Origin: Fibrobacterota bacterium
GTDB lineage: Bacteria; Fibrobacterota; Fibrobacteria; UBA5070
Direction: 5' to 3'
DNA: 55,515 nt
Assembly (NCBI GenBank): GCA_039798005.1
Contig: JBDKGV010000001.1
Span: 1 to 55,515 of the forward strand
Position 1 is the first letter of the stretch. Each line of letters begins with the position of its first letter. Positions 30,147-37,449 of the stretch are shown in pieces. The notes beneath the pieces were generated by a model that had not been told where the DNA came from, ran no database searches, and saw only the letters and a program-made list of their open reading frames with translations. A program made the translations under genes and the position numbers.

Positions 30147-31448
30147 TCAGAAATCCCGCTCGGTCACCAGACGAACGCCAAGAAAACGTCCCGCCGACCA
30201 TGCGGAGGTGATCAGGAAATCGACGCCGACCGGCGCTCGAAACGTGAAGTGAAGGCCTGCACCATGGACCAGGCCCCGGTGCACCATTTCGCCCTTTGCG
30301 GCGTACGCCTCCAACAGGCCGTGGATCCCGGCATCCAAGCCCGTGAACCACAGGTCACGCCGCCACAGCGAAAATCGCGGCTGCATGGATATGGTCGCGC
30401 TGCGCTCCAGAGCCGGGTCGACGGATTGGGCCTGCCAGACGCCGAAGCCTCCGGACATGCCGGGCAGGAATCCGGGACGATCGACGACCATCCCCGCATC
30501 GCCCACCATCAAGGCGGAGGCTCTTCCCCAAGCCGCGGTGCGCCAGACGCTGTGCAGGCCTGCCGTCGCGAAAGCCGGATCCTTGGACAGATTCTGTCCA
30601 ACCATCAGTTCCGCACGAATGACGCCACCAAGACCCAGACGCTCCTTGGCCCATGACCCGTCGATTTCCCAGGCGGGCCTGGCGTACAGGGAGAGCTGAG
30701 CCTTTCCGGGCAGCTTCCCTTCGGAGTCGCGCACCGCCCAGACTCCGGCCTCCAGGTCCCAAGCGTGAACCGGTGACAGAATTTGTCGAAGCGTGATCGC
30801 AGAGCGAAAATGTTGCAAACCATGATCCGGGGCCGAGGACTCCATCGGGGTCTGATATTGCAGGAGCCCGCCGACGAACAGCCCGGGTCGCAACGCCAGA
30901 TCGCGATGCCCGCCGATCCGGTTGACCCCTGCCCAAAGGCCCCACTGGTCGCCGACCCCGGTGCAGTTGTGATGGCCGAAGTATCCGAAGGCGTTCCCTC
31001 CGCCGTAGCTTCCAAACGTGCGCGATCGCGCCTCCACCAGAATCCGGAACCCCTCCTGCCATGGCTGGACCATGGCGACGCAGGCTTCGAAGAAATCGGT
31101 GCGCCCGGCCATGCGTTCGTTGAAGGACAGGAGCAGCGCCTCCAGCTCCGCCCTCGACAGCTTCTCTCCCCGATGGACGGGAAGGAGATGCTCCACGAAC
31201 CGGGCCACTTGGGGGTCGACTCCGCGCACGGCGATCTCAAGCACAGGCCGGATCGAATCCACGGAGGATTGGGCGCTTTGGCCATCCATTCCCAGCGCCT
31301 GCGCCTCCTCGGGGGAGAGGGCAAGGCTCGGATCAGGCACGAGGGAATCGACCGAAGCGTCCTGCGGAAGGTCTTGGGCACACGCAATTTGGGCCAAAAG
31401 GATGCACAAGACACCCCCCAGGCTTCGGATGGAAGCGGGAATACGCAT
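30147..31448 (-). CDS. Outer-membrane protein with an N-terminal POTRA-like domain and a beta-barrel (Omp85/TpsB-like)
   Basis: Signal peptide MRIPASIRSLGGVLCILLAQIACAQD. POTRA-like segment IAVRGVDPQVARFVEHLLPVHRGEKLSRAELEALLLSFNERM…FRILVEARSR. Gly/aromatic-rich strands. C-terminal Phe (…VTERDF). Confidence 0.65.
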   Translation of the reverse strand: MRIPASIRSLGGVLCILLAQIACAQDLPQDASVDSLVPDPSLALSPEEAQALGMDGQSAQSSVDSIRPVLEIAVRGVDPQVARFVEHLLPVHRGEKLSRAELEALLLSFNERMAGRTDFFEACVAMVQPWQEGFRILVEARSRTFGSYGGGNAFGYFGHHNCTGVGDQWGLWAGVNRIGGHRDLALRPGLFVGGLLQYQTPMESSAPDHGLQHFRSAITLRQILSPVHAWDLEAGVWAVRDSEGKLPGKAQLSLYARPAWEIDGSWAKERLGLGGVIRAELMVGQNLSKDPAFATAGLHSVWRTAAWGRASALMVGDAGMVVDRPGFLPGMSGGFGVWQAQSVDPALERSATISMQPRFSLWRRDLWFTGLDAGIHGLLEAYAAKGEMVHRGLVHGAGLHFTFRAPVGVDFLITSAWSAGRFLGVRLVTERDF

Positions 31449-31469
31449 GGGCGGGAATAGGCTTTGCGG

Positions 31470-32123
31470 TTATTCGGTGCGGGAAGCGGGGGCGAGATTG
31501 CGGCGGAAGGCAAAGAGCCCGGCGCCCCAACCCAGCATTGGATAGAAGGCCCAGGTCAACCGGCCGTGCTGCCACAGGTCAGCGACCACGAAGACGATGC
31601 TCATCCCAAGCCAAGCGAAGATGTGCTCCTGGAAGGCGCGACGCCGAACCTTGTCCACTCCGGTCTCGGCCGTTTTGGGGCGGGATTGCGCCCAGGCATG
31701 GCGTCCATGCAAGGCAAGTCCAGTCCCCCAGCCAAGCAAAGGCCACTGTGCCCAAGTCACGGCGTGGTTCTGCCAAAGGTCTCCGCCAAGGAAGAACACC
31801 GCCCCGGCCAAGTAGAACCACAGATGCTGGAGGAACTCCCGACGCGGATCGCGGGGAAGGAACAGGTCGAACGGCTCGCGGGGCTCCTCGGGGACCGATG
31901 GCACCGCACGGGCGGTTTCAGGCTCGGTCGGAGTCTCCGAAATCTCGCTCAAGTCCACCCCAAAGGCGGCGGCCAAGGACAGGCGGGAATCGCTGGAACC
32001 GTTCCCCTCCCGCTCGATGCGCTGCACCGTACGCAAGCTCAATCCGGCCACGGTGGCCAGATGCTCCTGGGTCCAGGAACGCTCTTCGCGCAAGTTGCGG
32101 ATCTTCTGAGGGTCAAGCGTCAT
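31470..32123 (-). CDS. Membrane-tethered XRE-family HTH regulator fused to two 2TM-type membrane repeats
   Basis: HTH segment IRNLREERSWTQEHLATVAGLSLRTVQRIEREGN. Two repeats follow of the pattern (R)REF.QH...Y......FL...DLWQ....TWA.(W/Y)P(L/M)LGWG.GL. It lies 21 nt upstream of the POTRA outer-membrane protein gene. An alternative ATG is at 32150. Confidence 0.7.
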   Translation of the reverse strand: MTLDPQKIRNLREERSWTQEHLATVAGLSLRTVQRIEREGNGSSDSRLSLAAAFGVDLSEISETPTEPETARAVPSVPEEPREPFDLFLPRDPRREFLQHLWFYLAGAVFFLGGDLWQNHAVTWAQWPLLGWGTGLALHGRHAWAQSRPKTAETGVDKVRRRAFQEHIFAWLGMSIVFVVADLWQHGRLTWAFYPMLGWGAGLFAFRRNLAPASRTE

Positions 32124-32238
32124 CTCTGGCTTGCACGGTAGGTCGGGCATGACTCCAATGTCAACCCGAACCCGCAATGTGACTACGACAACCACCCGCC
32201 AAATGATGCGACAGTGCGATTGCGGCCTGAAAATGCGG

Positions 32239-32348
32239 TTTTGGGCGCCGCCCCGGCAAAGACCGTGGCCGCCCTCCTCCGGGCTCGCCGGGTCCGGCTC
32301 GGTGCTGCGCACCCACCGGTTCGGTGGCCCTGCGTCCGGCTGGCGCGC
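32239..32348 (+). repeat. GC-rich intergenic repeat, family R2, copy a
   Basis: ttttgggcgcc…ggccgccctcctccgggctcgc…ggtgctgcgcacc…ccctgcgtccggctggcgcg is homologous to copies b and c. Confidence 0.6.
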
Positions 32349-32397
32349 CGAGAAGGCCCCCTGGCGCTGGGCAATGCACGACTTTTTTCTCCAAACG

Positions 32398-32440
32398 TGA
32401 CAAATTATTAGACAGAATTTGTCCGTGATGTGACATTTAC
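32398..32440. promoter_or_regulatory. Candidate operator in the divergent promoter region between the envelope operon and the collagen-like gene
   Basis: Sequence is tGACAAATTattaGACAGAATTTGTCcgtgatgtGACATTTac. It holds the full 13-mer GACAGAATTTGTC (32411-32423). There is an 8-bp inverted repeat GACAAATT/AATTTGTC. A third GACA half-site is also present. It is the only AT-rich island in this intergenic region. Confidence 0.45.
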
Positions 32441-32509
32441 GCCCGTTCTCCAACCGCCCGCAGGACTCCTGCGTTCCATCGTTCATCCAACTCCGAAGAG
32501 GTCAGACTC

Positions 32510-34636
32510 ATGAGTCTTGTCACGCGTTCCGCCGTGGCTGCAGGTTTGCTTGCCGCCACGGTACCGCAGGCGCAATTGGTGGTTTCCCACCAGTCGGCGA
32601 CCGGCAGCAGCAACAGCAATTTGATCCGCCCTTATCTCAAGATCGAGAATCAAGGAAGCGAAACCGTCGATCTGGCCAAGACGACGCTGGACTACCTGAT
32701 CAACGACGATGCCGCCCCGACCGCACTGGTGGCCGACTGCTGGTACAACTCGGCAGGCTCCTGCAGCGATGTGACTGCTGAGATCTCGAACATTCCGGCT
32801 CAGAAAGAGGGCGTGCGGCAGGCCAATGTGCGGGTGCGCTTGGGCTTCCTGCGTGGTCAGTTGGCCGCCGGGCAGAGCGTCATCCTCCAGTGGGGTCTGC
32901 ACGAGCAGAGCTGGCAGCACATCTTCAACGAGCAGGACGACTGGTCCTTCGTCTCGACCAACGGCCAGTGGACGGTGGACACCTACGTGCCCGTGGGCCA
33001 GCCCGGCAAGGAGCCTTCCGCCCCTGCCCTGGTCTGGAAAGGCCTGACCGACCAACTGCCTGACATCGCCTCCTACAAGGTTGGCGATGTGGTCCGCGAC
33101 CGCAACACCGGCTCGACCTATGTCTTGAACGACGGAATCTGGCAATTGCTGGCGGAATCCGGCAAGGACGGCGCCGTTGGCCCCATCGGACCCCAAGGAC
33201 CTGTCGGTGCAACCGGTGCCGCCGGTCAAGATGGCTCAGTCGGTCCTCAAGGACCCAAGGGTGATGTTGGCGCAACTGGACCCGCCGGTAAGGACGGTGC
33301 CGTCGGTGCTATCGGTCCCCAAGGACCTGTCGGTGCAACCGGTGCCGCCGGTCAAGACGGTGCAATTGGACCCGTCGGTCCTCAAGGGTCAATCGGCGCA
33401 ACCGGTGCAGCTGGTCAAGATGGTGCAATTGGCCCCGTTGGACCGCAAGGACCCATCGGTGCAACTGGTGCGGCCGGTAAGGACGGAGCTGTCGGTGCTC
33501 AAGGACCCAAGGGCGAGATCGGTCTGACCGGTGCCGCTGGCAAGGACGGTGCCGTCGGTCCCCAAGGACCCAAGGGTGATATCGGTCTGACCGGTGCCGC
33601 TGGCAAGGACGGTGCCGTCGGTCCCCAAGGACCCAAGGGTGATATCGGCCTGACCGGTGCCGCTGGCAAGGACGGTGCTGTTGGTGCGACGGGCGCCCAA
33701 GGACCCATCGGTCTGACTGGACCCGCTGGTAAGGATGGTGCTGTCGGTGCAATCGGACCGCAAGGCGCAAAGGGTGCTGTTGGTGCGACTGGCCCTCAAG
33801 GCATTGCCGGTGCAACTGGTACTGCAGGTAAGGATGGAGCGGTCGGTGCTATTGGCGCTCAAGGACCCGCCGGTGTACCGGGTGTTGCTGGACCCGCTGG
33901 TCCCCAAGGTCCGAAGGGTGATATCGGTGCAACCGGACCCCAAGGACCTGCCGGTGTGCCGGGTGTTGCTGGACCCGTTGGCCCTCAGGGTGCCAAGGGC
34001 GATGTGGGACCTGCTGGCCCGACTGCCAATGTGACGGCACTTCAGGCACAGGTCACTGCGTTGCAGGCACAACTGGCAGCAGTTGCGAGCGGGAACTTCG
34101 TGTATGACTCCCGCGATGGCAAGGTCTACAAGACCGTCGTGATCGGAACCCAAACTTGGATGGCTGAGAATCTGAACTATGCTGGGAGCGGGACCTGCTA
34201 TGGTGGGGATGCGGCGAATTGCGCCGCCTATGGACGCTTGTACACTTGGGCAGAAGTGATGGGTGTTGCCTCCACTTACAACACGACGAGATTGAATCCC
34301 ACCCCACCCTCAAAGGGCATTTGCCCAACGGGCTGGCATGTCCCCGTCAATTCTGAATGGTACACCCTTAACAGTGCAACAGGTTTCGATGCTGCAGCCC
34401 TCAAGTCGACCAGTGGTTGGCAAGTCAACGGAAACAACAGCTCAGGCTTCAATCTTCTGGCTGGCGGCTTTTCTGGCGGCTATCAAGGAGATATGGCGTT
34501 ACTGTGGGGAGCTTCAGAATACTCTGACAATGGCGTCTACCGTATCGCGCTACGCTCCTCGTGGAGTTCACTTGAATCCGGAGGGGGAGTGGTGGGGAAA
34601 ACCGCTGGCATGTCCTTACGCTGCGTGAAGAACTGA
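32510..34636 (+). CDS. Secreted CBM3-like / collagen triple-helix repeat / coiled-coil / FISUMP (TIGR02145-like) domain protein
   Basis: Signal peptide MSLVTRSAVAAGLLAATVPQAQ. The CBM3-like segment NSNLIRPYLKIENQGSETVDLAKTTLDYLIN…DDWSF…GKEP is collinear with CipA CBM3. About 95 uninterrupted Gly-X-Y triplets span 33161-34021. They are followed by VTALQAQVTALQAQLAAV. The C-terminus is FISUMP-like: YKTVVIGTQTWMAENLNY…GRLYTW…CPTGWHVP…LRCVKN. Confidence 0.85.
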   Translation: MSLVTRSAVAAGLLAATVPQAQLVVSHQSATGSSNSNLIRPYLKIENQGSETVDLAKTTLDYLINDDAAPTALVADCWYNSAGSCSDVTAEISNIPAQKEGVRQANVRVRLGFLRGQLAAGQSVILQWGLHEQSWQHIFNEQDDWSFVSTNGQWTVDTYVPVGQPGKEPSAPALVWKGLTDQLPDIASYKVGDVVRDRNTGSTYVLNDGIWQLLAESGKDGAVGPIGPQGPVGATGAAGQDGSVGPQGPKGDVGATGPAGKDGAVGAIGPQGPVGATGAAGQDGAIGPVGPQGSIGATGAAGQDGAIGPVGPQGPIGATGAAGKDGAVGAQGPKGEIGLTGAAGKDGAVGPQGPKGDIGLTGAAGKDGAVGPQGPKGDIGLTGAAGKDGAVGATGAQGPIGLTGPAGKDGAVGAIGPQGAKGAVGATGPQGIAGATGTAGKDGAVGAIGAQGPAGVPGVAGPAGPQGPKGDIGATGPQGPAGVPGVAGPVGPQGAKGDVGPAGPTANVTALQAQVTALQAQLAAVASGNFVYDSRDGKVYKTVVIGTQTWMAENLNYAGSGTCYGGDAANCAAYGRLYTWAEVMGVASTYNTTRLNPTPPSKGICPTGWHVPVNSEWYTLNSATGFDAAALKSTSGWQVNGNNSSGFNLLAGGFSGGYQGDMALLWGASEYSDNGVYRIALRSSWSSLESGGGVVGKTAGMSLRCVKN
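33521..33700 (+). repeat. 63-bp tandem repeat (~2.8 copies) inside the collagen-like region
   Basis: The unit ggtctgaccggtgccgctggcaaggacggtgccgtcggtccccaaggacccaagggtgatatc starts at 33521, 33584 and 33647. It encodes GLTGAAGKDGAVGPQGPKGDI. Confidence 0.85.
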
Positions 34637-34666
34637 TCCGCTGACGATCAGATCGCGATGAGATCG

Positions 34667-34696
34667 AGGCCGCTCCGGAATGGGCGGCCTTTCTTG
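34667..34696 (+). terminator. Rho-independent terminator of the collagen-like gene
   Basis: aggccgc (34667-34673) pairs with gcggcct (34684-34690), followed by ttcttg. Confidence 0.5.
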
Positions 34697-35028
34697 TATG
34701 CGCCAGGGATGCCGGCCGACAGGCCCAAGCCCCCCGATGCCCTGATCCGGATGCCCCGATGGGGCGTCTCCACATGAAGGGGCATTTCCATTGCGGGCAG
34801 CGGAGGCTTGGCAGGCAGCCCGGCCCGGCTTGCAAGCGAGGCGGGAGGCGCCCAAAAATGAATCAGGACCACGGAAGTCGCGAAGAACCGCAAAAACGGA
34901 TTTTCAGAATTGACGATCTGAATTACCTTCTTCCTGCTTCGGAACCGGTTCGTTTTTTGGGAAGACCGGGGGCAGTGCCCATCGCCACCGTCTGGAAGCT
35001 CCACCCACCATGTCTGGAAGGAGCCTGA

Positions 35029-36582
35029 ATGAGTCAGGAAGATCCGAGAGTCCTTGAACTGCGCGCCATGCGCGAAAAAGTTCGCCTGGGAGGCGGCCAA
35101 GCGCGCATCGACGCGCAGCACGCCAAGGGCAAGCTGACCGCTCGCGAGCGCATCGACGCCTTCATCGACGCCGGCACGTTCCACGAGCTCGAGCCCTACC
35201 TCACCCAGCAGGGTGACGAGCTGGGCATGTCCAAGGAGAAGATTCCTTCCGACGGCGTGGTCACCGGCTACGGCAATGTCCAAGGCCGCCCCGTCTACGT
35301 GTACTGCCAGGACTTCACCGTCTACGGCGGCACCATGAGCGACATGCAGAGCCGCAAGATCTGCCGTCTCATGGACCTGGCCCTGCGCAACGGCGCCCCC
35401 ATCATCGGACTGATCGATTCGGGCGGCGCGCGCATCCAGGAGGGCGTCAAGTCCTTGGGCGGCTACGCCGAGATCTTCCGTCGCAACGCGCGCTACTCCG
35501 GCGTGGTGCCCCAGATCTCCGTGATGCTCGGCCCGTGCGCCGGCGGTGCGGCCTACAGCCCCGCGATCACCGACGTGATCATCATGGTGCGCGGCCACTC
35601 CTACATGTTCCTCACCGGCCCGGACGTCATTCGCACCGTCACCGGTGAGAACGTGGACGCCGAGACCTTGGGCGGCTGCGACACCCACATGAACATCTCC
35701 GGTACGGCGCAACTGGCGGTCGACTCCGACCTCGAAGCGCTGGAGATGTGCAAGAAGGTGCTTGCCTACTTCCCGTCCAACAACGTGGACAACCCCCCGC
35801 AGATCGACATCGGCGACGATCCGGACCGCATGGACGACGAGCTCAACAGCATCGTCCCCATCAACTCCAAGATCCCCTACCAGATGCATGATGTGATTGA
35901 CATCATCGTCGACAAGGGATCGTTCCTTGAGATCCAGCCGACTTGGGCCTGCAACGCCGTGGTGGGCTTCGCCCGCATGGGCGGACAGTCCATCGGCATC
36001 GTGGGCCAGGAGCCCTCGGTGATGGCCGGCGTGGTGGACATCGACGCAGCGGACAAGATCTGTCGCTTCGTGCGCACCTGCGACTGCTTCAACATCCCCA
36101 TCCTCACGCTCATCGACAGCCCGGGATTCCTTCCGGGTGTGGATCAGGAGCATCGCGGCATCATCCGCCACGGCGCCAAGGTGCTCTACGCCTACGCCGA
36201 GGCCTCGGTGCCCAAGATCTCCATCGTGACGCGCAAGGCCTACGGCGGCGCCTACGTGGTGATGAGCTCCAAGTACTTGGGTACCGACGTGACCTACGCC
36301 TGGCCGGGCGCGGAGATCGCCGTGATGGGTGCCGAAGGCGCCGTCAACATCCTGTACAAGAAGCAGATCGACGCAGCCGTGGACAAGGTGGCAGAAGCCA
36401 AGCGTCTGGCCGACGACTACCGCGCCCGCTTCAACAACCCGTACTTCGCGGCATCGGCCGGCTACATCGACGACATCATCGAGCCGCGCGAGACGCGCTC
36501 CAAGGTGATCCAGTCGCTGCGCGCCCTGCGCGACAAGTCGTCGCCGAACCCGCCGCGCAAGCACGGGAACATGCCGGTCTGA
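35029..36582 (+). CDS. Acyl-CoA carboxyltransferase subunit (methylmalonyl-CoA decarboxylase alpha / propionyl-CoA carboxylase beta family)
   Basis: Length 517 aa. KGKLTARERIDAFIDAGTF…VTGYG.V.GRPVYVY.QDFTV.GG…GGARIQEG… are typical of the 12S/PccB family. A good RBS (ggaaggag) is present. Confidence 0.9.
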   Translation: MSQEDPRVLELRAMREKVRLGGGQARIDAQHAKGKLTARERIDAFIDAGTFHELEPYLTQQGDELGMSKEKIPSDGVVTGYGNVQGRPVYVYCQDFTVYGGTMSDMQSRKICRLMDLALRNGAPIIGLIDSGGARIQEGVKSLGGYAEIFRRNARYSGVVPQISVMLGPCAGGAAYSPAITDVIIMVRGHSYMFLTGPDVIRTVTGENVDAETLGGCDTHMNISGTAQLAVDSDLEALEMCKKVLAYFPSNNVDNPPQIDIGDDPDRMDDELNSIVPINSKIPYQMHDVIDIIVDKGSFLEIQPTWACNAVVGFARMGGQSIGIVGQEPSVMAGVVDIDAADKICRFVRTCDCFNIPILTLIDSPGFLPGVDQEHRGIIRHGAKVLYAYAEASVPKISIVTRKAYGGAYVVMSSKYLGTDVTYAWPGAEIAVMGAEGAVNILYKKQIDAAVDKVAEAKRLADDYRARFNNPYFAASAGYIDDIIEPRETRSKVIQSLRALRDKSSPNPPRKHGNMPV

Positions 36583-36583
36583 C

Positions 36584-36853
36584 ATGAGCTTCTTCGACTA
36601 CATCAATCCGAAGATCGTCCTGCGGGGTCTGACCAAGACCCTTCACGGGACGCTCGACAAGTACGCGCCCGGATTCCACGAGGTGGTGCGCACGCGCCGC
36701 CGCCGTGTGGCCGTGGCCGCCGTGGCGACCGCCATGGCCCACCGCAAGGCCTATCCGCCCGAGGTGCTGGCCGCCAAACCCGAGAACGACAATGGCATGA
36801 CGCCCTGGCAGGCCGTGATGCGCACCCGTCAACTCAAGCAGAGAGGACGCTAA
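36584..36853 (+). CDS. Small hypothetical protein between the carboxyltransferase and biotin-carrier genes
   Basis: Length 89 aa, tightly packed (ATG 2 nt after the upstream stop; the next gene starts right after its stop). It contains an Ala/Val-rich hydrophobic stretch RRVAVAAVATAMA. It may be an OadG/epsilon-type accessory subunit, but this is not established. Confidence 0.45.
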   Translation: MSFFDYINPKIVLRGLTKTLHGTLDKYAPGFHEVVRTRRRRVAVAAVATAMAHRKAYPPEVLAAKPENDNGMTPWQAVMRTRQLKQRGR

Positions 36854-37321
36854 GTGAAGATCAAGGTCCGCGTGGACAATCAGGACTACGATGTCGAGGT
36901 CGGTGACCTGGACGTGAATCCGATCGTGGCGATCGTGGAAGGCGAGCGTTTCGAGGTGTGGGCGGAGGATGTTTCGACCCCGACCGCCTTGGCCGCCGCC
37001 AGCTCCGCCGTTCCGGCCGTCTCGGCTCCCGCCGCAGAGGCACCGGCCCGCGCCCATGCGCCGGTGCCGGTGTGGAAGCCGCGTCAGACCGACGTGATCC
37101 CCGGTCAGGAGAACGCCTTGGTGGCGCCCATCCCCGGGCTCATCGCCGAGGTGTTCGTGAAGGAAGGCGACACGGTCGTGTACGGCCAGACGCTCGTGAC
37201 CCTGGAAGCCATGAAGATGCTCAACCCCCTGCGCGCCTCGCGCGCCGGCACGGTCAAGAAGGTCTACGTGGCGGTCGGCCAGGTCGTCAAGAGCCGCGAG
37301 GCGCTGGTCGAGATCGGATAA
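36854..37321 (+). CDS. Biotin carboxyl carrier (biotinyl/lipoyl-domain) subunit
   Basis: The C-terminal biotinyl domain has LVTLEAMKMLNPLRA (the EAMKM biotinylation motif). An Ala/Pro-rich linker is present. The start is a GTG directly after the upstream stop. Confidence 0.85.
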   Translation: MKIKVRVDNQDYDVEVGDLDVNPIVAIVEGERFEVWAEDVSTPTALAAASSAVPAVSAPAAEAPARAHAPVPVWKPRQTDVIPGQENALVAPIPGLIAEVFVKEGDTVVYGQTLVTLEAMKMLNPLRASRAGTVKKVYVAVGQVVKSREALVEIG

Positions 37322-37383
37322 GGGATCATTTGACGGATTCTGTCTTACGACGGAATCCGTCATGATTCCGGTTCCCCAAAACG

Positions 37384-37418
37384 AAAAAGCCATCCTTTGC
37401 GGGATGGCTTTTCCTTTT
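37384..37418. terminator. Bidirectional Rho-independent terminator between convergent genes
   Basis: aaaaa-agccatcc-tttgcg-ggatggct-tttt: the stem is flanked by an A-run on one side and a T-run on the other. Confidence 0.7.
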
Positions 37419-37449
37419 CCTCAAGCGACCTTGGATGGCCGCAGGAAGA

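Noticed and set aside
33161-34021. Periodic 45- and 63-bp repeats that could be mistaken for a CRISPR-like or satellite array.
   Set aside because: They lie entirely inside an open reading frame encoding Gly-X-Y collagen triplets. There is no repeat-spacer organisation and no cas genes.
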